A model generated the notes under the pieces. It searched no databases, was not told the DNA's origin, and worked only from the letters and a program-made list of their open reading frames with translations. 64,000 nt of DNA, from contig OZ024766.1 of assembly GCA_964016885.1 (NCBI GenBank), positions 11,656,001-11,720,000 on the forward strand. Reading direction: 5' to 3'. The position numbers and the translations under genes are program-made. Shown piece by piece: positions 23,590 to 37,691 of the stretch. The DNA is from Eledone cirrhosa (taxonomy: Eukaryota). Every line of letters starts with the position of its first letter. Position 1 is the first letter of the stretch.

Positions 23590-24370
23590 ATCTATCTATC
23601 TAGGGCGTGTAAAATTCCCGAGATCCATGGACGAGTTCTCTCCAGCGGTCTCTGTCCCTCATTATCGCTGCCATGTCCTGCATCCCCAACAGACCAGTGT
23701 CTGTCCTTAGGGCATCAACATACGTTAACCTTGGTCTTCCGCTTCCAGTGTGTCCATGCAGGGGCTCCCACAGGAGCACTGAGTGCAGTGTCAACTCTGG
23801 ATGTCGGTGAGCATGTCCAGCCAACCTAGTGTGTCCATGTAGGGGCTCCCACAGGAGCACTGAGTGCAGTGTCAACTCTGGATGTCGGTGCACATGTCCA
23901 GCTAACCTTGTGTGTCCATGTAGGGGCTCCCACAGGAGCACTGAGTGCAGTGTCAACTCTGGATGTTGGTGAGCATGTCCAGCTAACCCAGTGTGTCCAT
24001 GTAGGGGCTCCCACAGGAGCACTGAGTGCAGTGTCAACTCTGGATGTCGGTGAACATGTCCAGCTAACCTAGTGTGTCCATGCAGGGGCTCCCACAGGAG
24101 CACTGAGTGCAGTGTCAACTCTGGATGTCGGTGAGCATGTCCAGCTAACCTAGTGTGTCCATGTAGAGGCTCCCACAGGAGCACTGAGTGCAGTGTCAAC
24201 TCTGGATGTCGGTGAGCATGTCCAGCTAACCCCAGTCTCCTCTGTGTCACTTTAGAGCTGACTTTTGGGATGCTCCCACACAGCTCTGAGTTCTTCATCC
24301 TCAGTGTATACTGATTAATGTTCAGAGCCATCCTCAACATTCTCGTGTAGCACCCATCCACCATCTGAGT
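23590..24370 (-). mobile_element. RTE-clade LINE 3' fragment with an internal 81-bp coding unit amplified ~6x
   Basis: ORF 23600..24484: DGCYTRMLRMALNI...(LAGHAHRHPELTLHSVLLWEPLHGHTR)n...GRPRLTY. (TAGA) tail in (TA)n. Confidence 0.85.
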
Positions 24371-24417
24371 ATATATATGTGTGTGTATATATATACATAT
24401 ATTTATACACATACACA

Positions 24418-24485
<68 letters not shown>

Positions 24486-24813
24486 TATGTATGTGTATAT
24501 ATGTATGCGTGTGTGTAAATATATATGTGTCTGTATATATATGTCTATGTATATATGTGTCTGTATGTATATATGTGTTTGTGTGTGTATGTATGTATGT
24601 ATGAATATATATATAGGCATTGCTTTATATCTGGAGATCTCTCTGCACTTGTCGTCACATGGTACCATAGGCTCAGCACTATGTGTCAATAATTGTCACA
24701 AGTGTAGTGTTTGTACCAGAGTTTTCAAGTAAGTCACACTCGTTCAGCGCATCAGTAGGGGTTCTCCTACATGGATATAAAGTAGTGGCCGTATTCGAAA
24801 ACGAGTTGGCAGC

Positions 24814-24879
<66 letters not shown>

Positions 24880-25029
24880 CTACCAAGAGTTTACGGTAGT
24901 AAACATTTTTTATATATATATATATATATGTAGAGGTTATATTTAATTTGTTGGGATACAACAAGCAAAATATTTTTATAACTGATATAAAGCACTCAAC
25001 AAATTATTGGAGTAAATATACAATATATT

Positions 25030-25112
25030 AACAAATGGAAACTATATTTATAAAACCATATTTATTTTATTATACATATTTCAAGGGCCACCAAGGCAGA
25101 TTATGGTGCGCT

Positions 25113-25151
<39 letters not shown>

Positions 25152-26600
25152 GTTTAACGTCCATCTTCCACGCTTGCATGGGTTTGGACGGGAGTTTTCC
25201 CACTTGAGGCAAGAGTGGTTGTCTTGCTCGTATAGGACTGTCTGGCGGGTTTTCTACGGCTGGATGCCCTTCCTAACACCAACCACGTTTACAGTGTGGG
25301 GCTGGGAGGTTTTTACCGTGTTGCCTACACGGCCACATTACAGCGTGGACTGTCTGACGGGTTTTCTACAGCTGGATGCCCTTCCTAACACCAACTACGT
25401 TTACAGTGTGGGGCTGGGAGGTTTTTACCGTGTTACCTACACGGCCACATTACAGCGTGGACTGTCTGACGGGTTTTCTACAGCTGGATGCCCTTCCTAA
25501 CACCAACTACGTTTACAGTGTGGGGCTGGGAGGTTTTTACCGTGTTACCTACACGGCCACATTACAGCGTGGACTGTCTGACGGGTTTTCTACAGCTGGA
25601 TGCCCTTCCTAACACCAACTACGTTTACAGTGTGGGGCTGGGAGGTTTTTACCGTGTTACCTACACGGCCACATTACAGCGTGGACTGTGTTTTTTTTTC
25701 TCGTGCTACCTACACGACCTCATTTGTTTAGGACTGGATGTTGTGGTACCAACATAACATAACTTTACATTGAAAGGGGTGGTGTGGATGGGGTGGGGGT
25801 AGTGGGACGGGGGTGTATTTTTGTTAGAGGTGCCTACTGACTGTAGTAGGTTTAACTTTGTATTTAGGTAAGGCGGGTCTTCTCTATTACTGTGTAGCGC
25901 CAAAGGTCTCGGTCCAGTGACATTGTCTTGGAGAGGTGTAAGCGTGTGAGGTCGGAATTTATCAAGTCGTCCCAGTTTTTTCTGGGTCTGCCTACTCCGT
26001 GGCTACCGTCTATTTTTATCGCCCTGCACTTTGTTATACAGCTGTCGTCTTTCATGCGCATCACGTGACCATACCAACGCAGTCTTCTCTCGAGTAAACA
26101 ACATCTGATCCCTCTTATTCCTAATTTCTCCCTTAGTTCATTTATGCTTTGCCGTTCGCGTATATTACTATTACACATCCAACGGAGCATGCAAGCTTCG
26201 TTCCTCTCCAGTCTGTGTATATCCTCTGCACACAATGCCCAGGTCTCACTGCCATGCAACATTGCTGTTCGTATGCAGGCATCATACAGCCTACCTTTCA
26301 TTTTTAGGGAGAACCCTTTAGCGGCTAATAGTGGTATAAGCTCTCTGAACTTTTTACATCCAGTTCTGACTCTAGCTACTGTACTTTCAGAGCACCCTCC
26401 CCCACTGCTGATTTTGTCACCCAGGTAACGGAAGGTGTCCACTATTTCTATAGAACCATCTGTGCAATGGAATGAGCTAGTATCCTATGGGCACTTGCTG
26501 CTACTTATTGCACCAGAGCACCGATATTGCATCAGATAAAATATAATATAGATTAGTTTTATAAATAAATATTGACATACCCTGAAAAAATGCAACCTTC
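25030..26600 (-). mobile_element. Hammerhead element family K split by an RTE insertion
   Basis: 25030-25119 plus 26530-26600 join to give the reverse complement of 36645-36810. Confidence 0.7.
25115..26529 (-). mobile_element. RTE-clade LINE 3' fragment (RT C-terminus, 3' UTR with 112-bp tandem duplication, (ATG)n tail)
   Basis: ORF 25864..26442: FRYLG, MLHGSETW, RRLRWYGHVMRM, GRPRKNW. Confidence 0.9.
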
Positions 26601-26611
26601 ATATATATATA

Positions 26612-26662
<51 letters not shown>

Positions 26663-26799
26663 ATTTGTGTATATATACCGGCTGTCCCCAAAATGTATAC
26701 ACTTTTCAATAGCATTCTAATAAAAGTGTGTATACATTTTTGGGACTATATATGTGTTTTTAGTGTATGTATATGTGTGTATAATATATATGTGTTTGT

Positions 26800-26867
<68 letters not shown>

Positions 26868-26889
26868 ACATTTATTAAATATATATATG

Positions 26890-26927
<38 letters not shown>

Positions 26928-27059
26928 TATGTAAACACGCGTACACACCCATATGTAGTGAGGGGCTCAAAAGATTTTGACTGGTACATATTTTATCGGT
27001 CTCTGTTTGCTGTGCCGCTAAGTCACAGGTCACATAGCGGCATGACAACTGCTGGTGGT

Positions 27060-27905
27060 ATGATAAAAATACACCTAGTACACTCTGCAATGTGCTTGCG
27101 GACACTATAGAGTCAAGAGGTGTCTTTAGTTGTGTTGTGTTGTGTTAAGGACTTCACAATCTCACTAGTGCTGAAGCTATAGAAAAATACACCCAGTACA
27201 CTCTGTAATGTTATTGCAGACAATATAGAGTCAAGAGGTGTCTTTAGTTGTGTTAAGGACTTGACAACTTCACTAGTTTTGCTGTTACAGAAAAATACAC
27301 CCAGTACACCCTGTAATGTGTTTTGGAGACAATATAGAGTCGAGTGTTGTTTAGCTGTGTTAAGGACATGATGCTCATTAGTGTTGGAGCTATATAAAAA
27401 TACACCCAGTACACTCTGCAATGTGTTTGGGAGACAATGTAGAGTCGAGAGGACATGATGCTCTCACTAGTGTTGGAGCTATATAAAAATACACCCAGTA
27501 CACTCTGCAATGTGTTTGGGAGACAATATAGAGTCGAGAGGACATGATGCTCTCACTAGTGTTGGAGCTATATAAAAATACACCCAGTACACTCTGCAAT
27601 GTGTTTGGGAGACAATATAGAGTCGAGAGGACATGATGCTCTCACTAGTGTTGGAGCTATATAAAAATACACCCAGTACACTCTGCAATGTGTTTGGGAG
27701 ACAATATAGAGTCGAGAGGACATGATGCTCTCACTAGTGTTGGAGCTATATAAAAATACACCCAGTACACTCTGCAATGTGTTTGGGAGACAATGTAGAG
27801 TTGAGAGGTGTCTTTAGTTGTGTTGAGTTAAGGACTTGACAATCTCACTAATCCTGGTGTTACAGAAAAATACACCCAGTACACTCTGTAATGTGTTTGG
27901 AGAGA
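27060..27905. repeat. 89-bp tandem repeat containing the aaaatacacccagtacactctg motif
   Basis: ORFs recur every 89 bp (ends at 27599, 27688 and 27777). Confidence 0.8.
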
Positions 27906-28084
27906 ATGGTTTCTGATTTAGGCAAAAGGACACCAATTTTAAGGGAGGTGAAAGTTGATTCAAGCAACCCCAGTGTGTTACTGGTACTTTTTTTTCATCG
28001 ATACCCCTGTGAGGATGAAATGCAAAGCTAACCTCGGCGAGATATGAACTCAGAATGTAAAGGGATGTAACTCTATGCTGCAAG

Positions 28085-28900
28085 ACAGATAGATAGATTG
28101 ACCTACAGACAGACAGATAGATACACAGACTGACCTACAGATAGATAGACAGATAGACAAACTGACCTACAGACAGACAGATAGATAGACAGACTGACCT
28201 ACAGATAGATAGACAGATAGACAAACTGACCTACAGACAGACAGATAGACAAACTGACCTACAGATAGATAGACAGACTGACCTACAGACAGACAGATAG
28301 ATAGACAGACTGACCTACAGACAGACAGACAGATAGATAGACAGACTGACCTACAGATAGACAGACTGACCTACAGACAGACAGATAGATACACAGACTG
28401 ACCTACAGATAGATAGACAGATAGACAGACTGACCTACAGACAGACAGATAGATAGACAGACTGGCAGACAGATAGATAGACTGACCTACAGACAGACAG
28501 ACTGACCTACAGACAGACAAATAGATAGACAGACTGACCTACAGAGAGACAGACTGACCGACTGACTGACTGACTGACCTACAGGCAGACAGACAGATTG
28601 ATCTACAGACAGATAGACAGACTGATGGACTGACAGACAGACTAACAGACAGACAGACTGACCGATCTACAGACAGATAGACAGATAGACAGACTGACTG
28701 GCCTACAGATAGACAGACAGACTGATCTACAGACAAACTGATCTACAGATAGATAGACAGACAGACTGGCCTACACTACAGAGAGACAGACTGACCTACA
28801 GAATGGCCTACAGACAGATAGAGAGACCTACAGAATGACAGACAGACAGACCAACAGACCAACAGACAGATAGACTGACCTGCAGGCAGGCAGACTGACC
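28085..28900. repeat. (GACA/GATA)n with a recurrent ctgacctaca insert
   Basis: Direct inspection. Confidence 0.9.
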
Positions 28901-28999
28901 TAGAAGCCAGTATTTCTGTAAAGTGGTTCAGTAAGGAGACTAGGTCACATGATTAGATTTTTAGTTTTATTTTTTGACACATTGACACAGAAATGTTTA

Positions 29000-29260
29000 C
29001 ATAACAACAACACTACAACAGTAACATCACCACTACTACTACTACAACAGTAACACCACCACCACCACCACCACTACTATAACATCAACACCACCACCAC
29101 CACCACCACTACTACAACAACAACAACAACACCACCACCACCACCACCACCACCACCACTACTACTACATCAACACCACCACCACCACCACTACTACTAC
29201 ATCAACACCACCACTACTACTACAACATCAACACCACCACCACTACTACTACAACAGTAA

Positions 29261-29311
<51 letters not shown>

Positions 29312-29511
29312 AACAACAGTAACACCACCACTACTACTACAACAGTAACACCACTACTACTACAACAGTAACATCACCACCACTACCACTACAATAATAA
29401 CGCCACCACTACTACTACTACAACAGTAACACCACTACTACTACAACAGTAACATCACCACCACTACCACTACAACAGTAACACCACCACCGCTACAACA
29501 CCAACACCACC

Positions 29512-29543
<32 letters not shown>

Positions 29544-30446
29544 AACAGTAACACCACCACTACTACAACACCAACACCACTACTACTACTACAACAGTAA
29601 CACCACCACCACTACTACTACTACAACAGTAACACCACCACCACCACTACTACTACAACAGTAACACCACCACCGCTACAACACCAACACCACCACCACC
29701 ACTACTACTACTACTACAACAGTAACACCACCACCGCTACAACACCAACACCACCACCACCACTACTACTACTACTACAACAGTAACACCACCACCACCA
29801 CTACTACTACAACACCAACACCACCACCACTACTACTACTACAACAGTAACACCACTACTACTACTACAACAGTAACACCACCACCACCACTACTACTAC
29901 TACAACAACAGTAACACCACCACCACTACAACACCAACACCACCACTACTACTACAACAGTAACACCACCACTACTACAACACCAACACCACCACCACCA
30001 CCACTACTACTACTACTACTACAACAGTAACACCACCACTACTACAACACCAACACCACCACCACCACTACTACTACAACTACAACAGTAACACCAGCAC
30101 TACTACTACTACAACAGTAACACCACCACCACTACAACACCAACAACACCACTACTACTACTACTACAGTAACACCACCACCACTACTACTGCTACTACT
30201 ACAGTAACACCACCACCACCACTACTACTACTACTACTACAGTAACACCACCACTACTACTACAACAACAGTAACACCACCACCACTACAACAACTACAG
30301 TAACACCACCACCACTACAACAGTAACACCACCACTACTACTACTACTACTACTACAGTAACACCACCACTACTACTACAACAACAGTAACACCACCACC
30401 ACTACAACACCAACACCACTACTACTACTACTACAGTAACACCACC

Positions 30447-30487
<41 letters not shown>

Positions 30488-30552
30488 AGTAACACCACCA
30501 CCACTACACTACTACTACTACAGTAACACCACTACTACTACAACAACAGTAA

Positions 30553-30585
<33 letters not shown>

Positions 30586-31515
30586 AACAACAGTAACACC
30601 ACCACCACTACTACTACTACTACAACAACAGTAACACCACCACCACTACTACTACAACAGTAACGCCACCACTACTACTACTACAACAGTAGCACCACCA
30701 CCACTACAACAGTAACACACCACCACCACTACAACAGTAACACCACCACTGCTACTACTACAACAGTAACACCACCACCACACCACCACCACTACCACCA
30801 CTACAACAGTAACAACAACACCACTACACCATCACCATATCAACACTACCACCATCAACACAACAACACTACTACACCACCACTACATCAACACCACACC
30901 ACCACTACATCAACACTACCACCATCAACACAACACCACTACCACATCAACGCTATCACACCAACCCCCACACTACCATAATAGCAACACAAACAATAAC
31001 ACCACTACCACATCAACACTACCGCCATTACCACACCAACCCTAACAACACCACAACAACAACAACAACACCTCCACATCAACACAACCACCATCACCAT
31101 AACAACAACACCTCCACATCAACACAACCACCATCACCATAACAACAACACCACCACATCAACACTACCACCATCACCACACCAACCCCCACACCATCAT
31201 AACAACAACACAAACAACACCACCACCACAACAACACCACCACATCAACACTACCACCATTGCCACACCAAAACAACAACACAAACAACAACACCACAAC
31301 ACCACCACAACAACACCACCACCACAACAGCAACACCACAACAACAACACCACCACCACCACAACAACAACAACACCACCACATCAACACTACCACCATC
31401 ACCACACCTACCCCCACACCACCATAACAACAACAACACAAACAATAACACCACTACCACATCAACACTACCACCATCACCACACCAACCCTAACAACAC
31501 CACAACGTTAACAAC
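29000..31515. repeat. (CTA/CCA/CAA)n compound tract with an acagtaacacc higher-order unit
   Basis: Direct inspection. Confidence 0.9.
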
Positions 31516-31519
31516 ATCG

Positions 31520-33305
31520 ACTTTATGAGGCAGTACTTAAGATTGCAGCTTCTCCCACTTAATCCTGGGAGGGTTGTGGGGGCAGAGCCCTCAAAAACTC
31601 CTTCCAGTGGCTCCCATCAGAAGCAACTATCTCCAACTGATCCAGCTTGATCCCCAAGTGCGACCAGCCAAGGTCATGGATGTTATCTAACTATCGTGCC
31701 GGGGTCTACCCTTGGGTCACCTGCTGGTTGGTTTTGCCCTTAAATTCTGTCCAGCGATTCTTTCCTGAGAGATTCTAACCACATGTCCATAGTATCAGAG
31801 CTGTGATCTCTCAATTCAGAGATTCTTTCCTGAGACATTCTAACCACATGTCCATAGTATCAGAGCTGTGATCTCTCAATTCAGAGATTCTTTCCTCAGA
31901 CATTCTAACCACATGTCCATAGTATCACAGCTGTGATCTCTCAATTCAGAGAATCTTTCCTGAGATATTCTAACCACATGTCCATAGTATCAGAGCTGTG
32001 ATCTCTCAATTCAAAGATTCTTTCCTGAGACATTCTAACCACATGTCTGTAGTATCAGAGCTGTGATCTCTCAATTCAGAGAATCTTTCCTGAGACATTC
32101 TAACCACATGTCCATAGTATCAGAGCTGTGATCTCTCAATTCAGAGAATCTTTCCTGAGACATTCTAACCACATGTCTGTAGTATCAGAGCTGTGATCTC
32201 TCAATTCAGAGATTCTTTCCTGAGACATTCTAACCACATGTCCATAGTATCAGAGCTGTGATCTCTCAATTCAGAGATTCTTTTCTGAGACATTCTAACC
32301 ACATGTCCATAGTATCAGAGCTGTGATCTCTCAATTCAGAGAATCTTTCATGAGACATTCTAACCACATGTCCATAGTATCAGAGCTGTGATCTCTCAAT
32401 TCAGAGAATCTTTCCTGAGACATTCTAGCCACATGTCTGTAGTATCAGAGCTGTGATCTCTCAATCCAGAGATTCTTTCCTGAGACATTCTAACCACATG
32501 TCTGTAGTATCAGAGCTGTGATCTCTCAATCCAGAGATTCTTTCCTGAGACATTCTAACCACATGTTCGTAGTATCAGAGCTGTGATCTCTCAATTCAGA
32601 GATTCTTTCCTGAGACATTCTAGCCACATGTCTGTAGTATCAGAGCTGTGATCTCTCAATCCAGAGATTCTTTCCTGAGACATTCTAACCACATGTCTGT
32701 AGTATCAGAGCTGTGATCTCTCAATCCAGAGATTCTTTCCTGAGACATTCTAACCACATGTTCGTAGTATCAGAGCTGTGATCTCTCAATTCAGAGATTC
32801 TTTCCTGAGACATTCTAACCACATGTCCATAGTATCAGAGCTGTGATCTCTCAATTCAGAGATTCTTTCCTGAGACATTCTAACCACATGTTCGTAGTAT
32901 CAGAGCTGTGATCTCTCAATTCAGAGATTCTTTCCTGAGACATTCTAACCACATGTCCATAGTATCAGAGCTGTGATCTCTCAATTCAGAGATTCTTTCC
33001 TGAGACATTCTAACCACATGTCCATAGTATCAGAGCTGTGATCTCTCTATCCAGAGATTCTTTCCTGAGACATTCTAACCACATGTCTGTAGTATCAGAG
33101 CTGTGATCTCTCAATTCAGAGATTCTTTCCTGAGACATTCTAACCACATGTCTGTAGTATCAGAGCTGTGATCTCTTAATTCAGGGAAGTAGCAGCTCTA
33201 CCTGGAGTGATTCTCTGACCTCCGAGCTACACACTCTATCAAGTAACGTTACTCCAAAGACCCTTTGGAGGAACCCCATTTCAGCTGCTTGTATTCTAAC
33301 CACAT
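31520..33305 (-). mobile_element. Decayed RTE-clade fragment with a 65-bp coding segment amplified ~22x (31757-33185)
   Basis: The minus strand reads IQAAEMGFLQRVFGVTLLDRV...IERSQL*YYGHVVRMSQERI...KGRP. Period 65 (gattctttcc at 31821 and 31886). Confidence 0.8.
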
Positions 33306-33310
33306 GTCTG

Positions 33311-33503
33311 TAATAAATGTTTCTACTTTTGGCACAAGGCCAGCAATTACCCCAGTGTATTACTGGTACTTTATTTTATCGACCCCGTAAGGATGAAAGG
33401 CAAAGTTAACCTCGGCGGGATTTGAACTCAGATTGTAAAGGGACATAACTCTATGCTGGAAAGCATGGTGTCCGACCCTCTACCGATTCTGCCAATCCAC
33501 CAC
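33311..33503 (-). mobile_element. SINE family M
   Basis: Reverse complement of 10820-11016. Confidence 0.85.
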
Positions 33504-33859
33504 ATGCCTGTAATAATTTGGAGTAGTGTGTGTGTGTATGCGTATTTGTGTGTCTGTATTGCTATATGTGTATGTGCGTGCGTGTGTGTGTCTGTGTTGC
33601 TATATGTGTTGTGTGTGTGTGTATGTGTATATATGTCTTTCATTCTGTGAACATGCATGTGTGTGTGTATCTGTGTACATGTGTGTTTGTGTGTCGGTGA
33701 AGATCTGTGTGTGTGTGTGTACATGTGTTTGTGTGTCTGTGAAGATCTGTGTGTATGTGTGTGTGTACATGTGTGTGTCTGTTTCTATGTACATATATGT
33801 GTGTCTGTGTGTGTGTGTTTAAGAAGCAGAAGTAGGCCTTAGATTCTTCTGTAGTTAGG

Positions 33860-34580
33860 GTAGAGAGAGGGGGAGGGAGGGAGGGAGAGGAAGGGGCAGA
33901 TAATGTGAGAGGAGCAGAGAGGTAGGGTGGGAGAGAGAGGGGGAGAGGAAGGGGCAGATAATGTGAGAGAGGAGGAGAGTGGTAGGGTGGGAGAAGAAGG
34001 GGCAGATAATGTGAGAGGAGGAGAGAGGAAGGGGCAGATAATGTGAGAGAGGAGGAGAGAGGTAGGGTGGGAGATAGAGAGGGGTGGAGAGGAAGGGGCA
34101 GATAATGTGAGAGAGGAGGAGAGAGATAGAGGGGGAGAGAAGGGGCAGCTAATGTGAGAGGAGGAGAGAGGTAGGGAAATAGAGAGGGGTGGAGAGGAAG
34201 GGGCAGATAATGTGAGAGAGGAAGAGAGAGGTAGGGTGGGAGATAGAGAGGGGTGGAGAGGAAGGGGCAGATAATGTGAGAGAGGAGGAGAGAGATAGAG
34301 GGGGAGAGAAGGGGCAGCTAATGTGAGAGGAGGAGAGAGGTAGGGAGATAGAGAGGGGTGGAGAGGAAGGGGCAGATAATGTGAGAGAGGAGGAGAGAGG
34401 TAGGGTGGGAGATAGAGAGGGGTGGAGAGGAAGGGGCAGATAATGTGAGAGAGGAGGAGAGAGATAGAGGGGGAGAGAAGGGGCAGCTAATGTGAGAGGA
34501 GGAGCGAGGTAGGGTGGGAGAGGGGGAGAGTGAGAGAAGGGGAGAAGAAGGGGTGGATAATGTGAGAGAGGGAGAGAGAT
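33860..34580. repeat. Purine-rich minisatellite (gaaggggcagataatgtgagagagg)
   Basis: Direct inspection. Confidence 0.85.
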
Positions 34581-34819
34581 TTAACTGTAAACTTTAATGT
34601 GTCTGTGTGTCTGTCATGTCCACCCATAATAATCCTACACCAGAACCTTTGTTAAGTTACGTTCCAATCACACTAGGTAATGGAAGTGTTAAACACCTGT
34701 TAAGTTTGTGTTTTGTTTGTGAAATAGGGGAGAGAACTCTTCTATGTGGATAAGTGTATCGAGGCTACACATTGGCTTTGACCTCTTAGTTTCATATATA
34801 GTATTTGTGTGTGTGTATG

Positions 34820-34850
<31 letters not shown>

Positions 34851-35027
34851 ATGTATGTGTGTATATATATATGTGTGTGTATGTGTGTATATTTATACGT
34901 GTGTGTGTGTATTTATATATATATATGTGTGTGTGTGCATATATATGTGTGTGTGTATTTATATTTATATGTGTGTGTGTGTATATATATATGTGTGTAT
35001 GTGTATATATATGTGTGTGTGTGTGTG

Positions 35028-35077
<50 letters not shown>

Positions 35078-35227
35078 AATATATATGTGTGTGTGTGTAT
35101 TTATATTTATACATGTGTGTGTCTATATATATGTATGTGTATATATATATATGTGAGTGTGTATTTATATTTATATATATACATGTGTGTGTGTATATAT
35201 ATATATATATTTATGCATGTATGTGTA

Positions 35228-36100
35228 TCATCATCATCACCGTTTTACGTCCGTTCTTCCATGCTAGCATGGGTTAGACGAGTTGTCCTGTTGTGGGCAG
35301 TGTCCAGTCGGCTGACCTTGTCTTGCTCATACGGGAACTGGTTCTGGCTTGATTTCTACAGCTGGATGCCCTTCCTAATACCAACCTCATTTACAGTGAG
35401 TGCTGGGTACTTTTTTGCTGTGGCACCTCCACGTCCACTTTGCAGTGTGGGCTGGGTGCTTTTTTACTCCGGCACCTCTACGACCACTTTACAGTGTGGG
35501 CTGGGTGCTTTTTTGCCGAGGCACTTCCACGTCCACTTTGCAGTGTGCGCTGGGTGCTTTTTTGCCGTGGAACCTCCATGACCACTTTACAGTGTGGGCT
35601 GGGTGCTTTTTTACTGTGGAACCTCCACGACCACTTTACAGTGTGGGCTGGGTGGTTTTTTGCCGTAGAACCTCCACGACCACTTTACAGTGTAGGCTGG
35701 GTGCTTTTTTGCCGCGGCACCTCCACGACCACTTTACAGTGTGGGCTGGGTTCCTTTTTACTGTGGCACCTCCATGACCACTTTACAGTGTGGGCTGGGT
35801 GCTTTTTTGCCGTGGCGCCTCCACGACCACTTTACAGTGTGGGCTGGGTGCTTTTTTGCCGTGGCGCCTCCACGACCACTTTACAGTGTGGGCTGGGTGG
35901 TTTTTTGCCGTAGAACCTCCACGACCACTTTACAGTGTGGGCTGGGTGCTTTTTTGCCGTGGCACCTCCACGACCACTTTACAGTGTGGGCTGGGTGCTT
36001 TTTTGCCGTGGCGCCTCCACGACCACTTTACAGTGTGGGCTGGGTGCTTTTTTGCCGCGGCACCGCCACAACTACTTTGCAGTGGAATGATAGGGACCCC
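35228..36100 (-). repeat. SINE/RTE tail with a 49-bp minisatellite expansion
   Basis: (CAT)n tail, then unit ctttacagtgtgggctgggtgcttttttgccgtggcacctccacgacca, ending at the family C hairpin. Confidence 0.85.
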
Positions 36101-36447
36101 TATATATATATATCAGATAGGGTGTAGTAAAAACCAGCTAGACCATAGCACACCAGAGTACTCAATACTTTAGGGTGTAGAGTGGGTAATACAAAAAGAT
36201 TCAGGACCCCGGTGGCTGAGCTCCGGCCATTTTGACAGCTACATCCAAACAGTTCGGATTTAGCTTTCCTTTTAATTTCCATCGAATGAAACATTCCTAG
36301 TTTCTCTCCCCCACATGTGAGGCCCAATGACTGAGTTTTACCATTTCAACAACTAGTCCCAGACTATATATATAAATATATATATATATTTATATATATA
36401 GATGAGATTCTACAGGACTAGAACTGTTTCATTCTTTAGAAATCATC

Positions 36448-36504
36448 ATGAGATTCCTGATGATTTCTAAAGAATGAAACAGTTCTAGTCCTGTAGAATC
36501 TCAT
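36448..36504 (+). ncRNA. Type I hammerhead ribozyme with looped stem III, family D
   Basis: ATGAGATTC-CTGATGA-T-TTC[taaa]GAA-T-GAAA-CAG[ttctagtc]CTG-TA/GAATCTCAT. 9-bp stem I and GUA triplet. Confidence 0.8.
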
Positions 36505-36705
36505 CTATATTAAAACTTTTATACTCTGCTATGTATTGAGTACCTTACTTACTGTGGTTACCTCCGATTCAACCCGGAATAACGTATATTTATATATATA
36601 AATATATATATATATTTATATATATACTATCCGGGAGCTTCCATCAGTAATGGTTGCATTTTTTAAGGGTATGTCAATATTTATTTATAAAACTGATCTA
36701 TATTA

Positions 36706-36770
36706 TATTTTATCTGATGAAAGCACACCATAATTTAACTTGGTATCCTTGAAATATGTGTAATGAAATA
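36706..36770 (+). ncRNA. Type I hammerhead ribozyme, family K (partly decayed)
   Basis: TATTTTAT-CTGATGA-AAG..ACCA..TGGT..CTT-GAAA-TATGTG-TA/ATGAAATA. Confidence 0.7.
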
Positions 36771-37142
36771 AATATGGTTTTATAAATATAGTTTCCATTT
36801 GTTAATATCGTATATATATATATATATTTAACGAAGGAAATGTGGCAAGGAACCAGGTGGACCATAACGCACCAAAGTACTCAATATTTAGAGTAGTAGA
36901 GTGGGTAATAGGAACGAGTAGGACCCCGACGGCTGAGCTCAAGCCGTCAAAACGGCTTGAGCTCAGCCGTTGAAATGGTTTGAGCTCAGCCGTCAGGGTC
37001 CTACTCGTTCCTATATATATTTATGTATTTATATATATATGCATATTTATTAGAATAACAGATTAAAGTTTAAGCAAAGAATCACTGCTTTCAACCTTAT
37101 ATATATTTATCCTTATCGAGCTCTCTTTGGATTTTAGTCTTC

Positions 37143-37334
37143 ACATTGGGAGTATCGGTAGAGTGTCAGACACCATGCCTTGCAGCATAGAGTTACGGCC
37201 CTTTACGGTCTGAGTCCAAATCCCGCCGAGGTTAACTTTGCCTTTCATCCTTACGGGGTCGATAAAATAAAGTACCAGTAATACACTGTGATAATTGCTG
37301 GCCTTGTGCCAAAAGTAGAAACAATTATTATTAC

Positions 37335-37336
<2 letters not shown>
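37143..37336 (+). mobile_element. SINE family M
   Basis: A/B boxes and central domain. Confidence 0.8.
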
Positions 37337-37362
<26 letters not shown>

Positions 37363-37365
<3 letters not shown>

Positions 37366-37620
37366 TGGTAAACGGAATAGAAAATGCTGACAAATTGTTC
37401 ACAGTTGAAAAATGGTTTAATTAGGAATAAAAGAGTATTAGTGATTGTATGGGTTAGTATTCAGTTGTGGTTTTAAGTTTTTAAGTTTTTACCGGTTGCG
37501 CATTTCTAAATGCTTTTCAAAAATAATTTTGAGATAGAGTGTCCGTGCTGTTTGCTCCTAATTAAACCATTTTTCAACTGTGAACAATTTGTCAGCATTT
37601 TCTATTCCGTTTACCAATAT
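37363..37620. repeat. Inverted repeat with ~63-bp arms in (TA)n
   Basis: atattggtaaacggaatag...aattagga versus tcctaatt...ccgtttaccaatat. Confidence 0.85.
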
Positions 37621-37652
37621 ATAATAACTTGTGTGTTACACCTCTATTCTTT

Positions 37653-37691
<39 letters not shown>

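Noticed and set aside
24715-24762. CTGATGC/CTGAACGA...GAAA on the minus strand
   Set aside because: Core mismatches and no consistent three-stem fold.
31757-33185. Regular array that might suggest CRISPR
   Set aside because: Units are contiguous with no unique spacers, derive from RTE coding sequence, and there are no cas genes. The context is eukaryotic.
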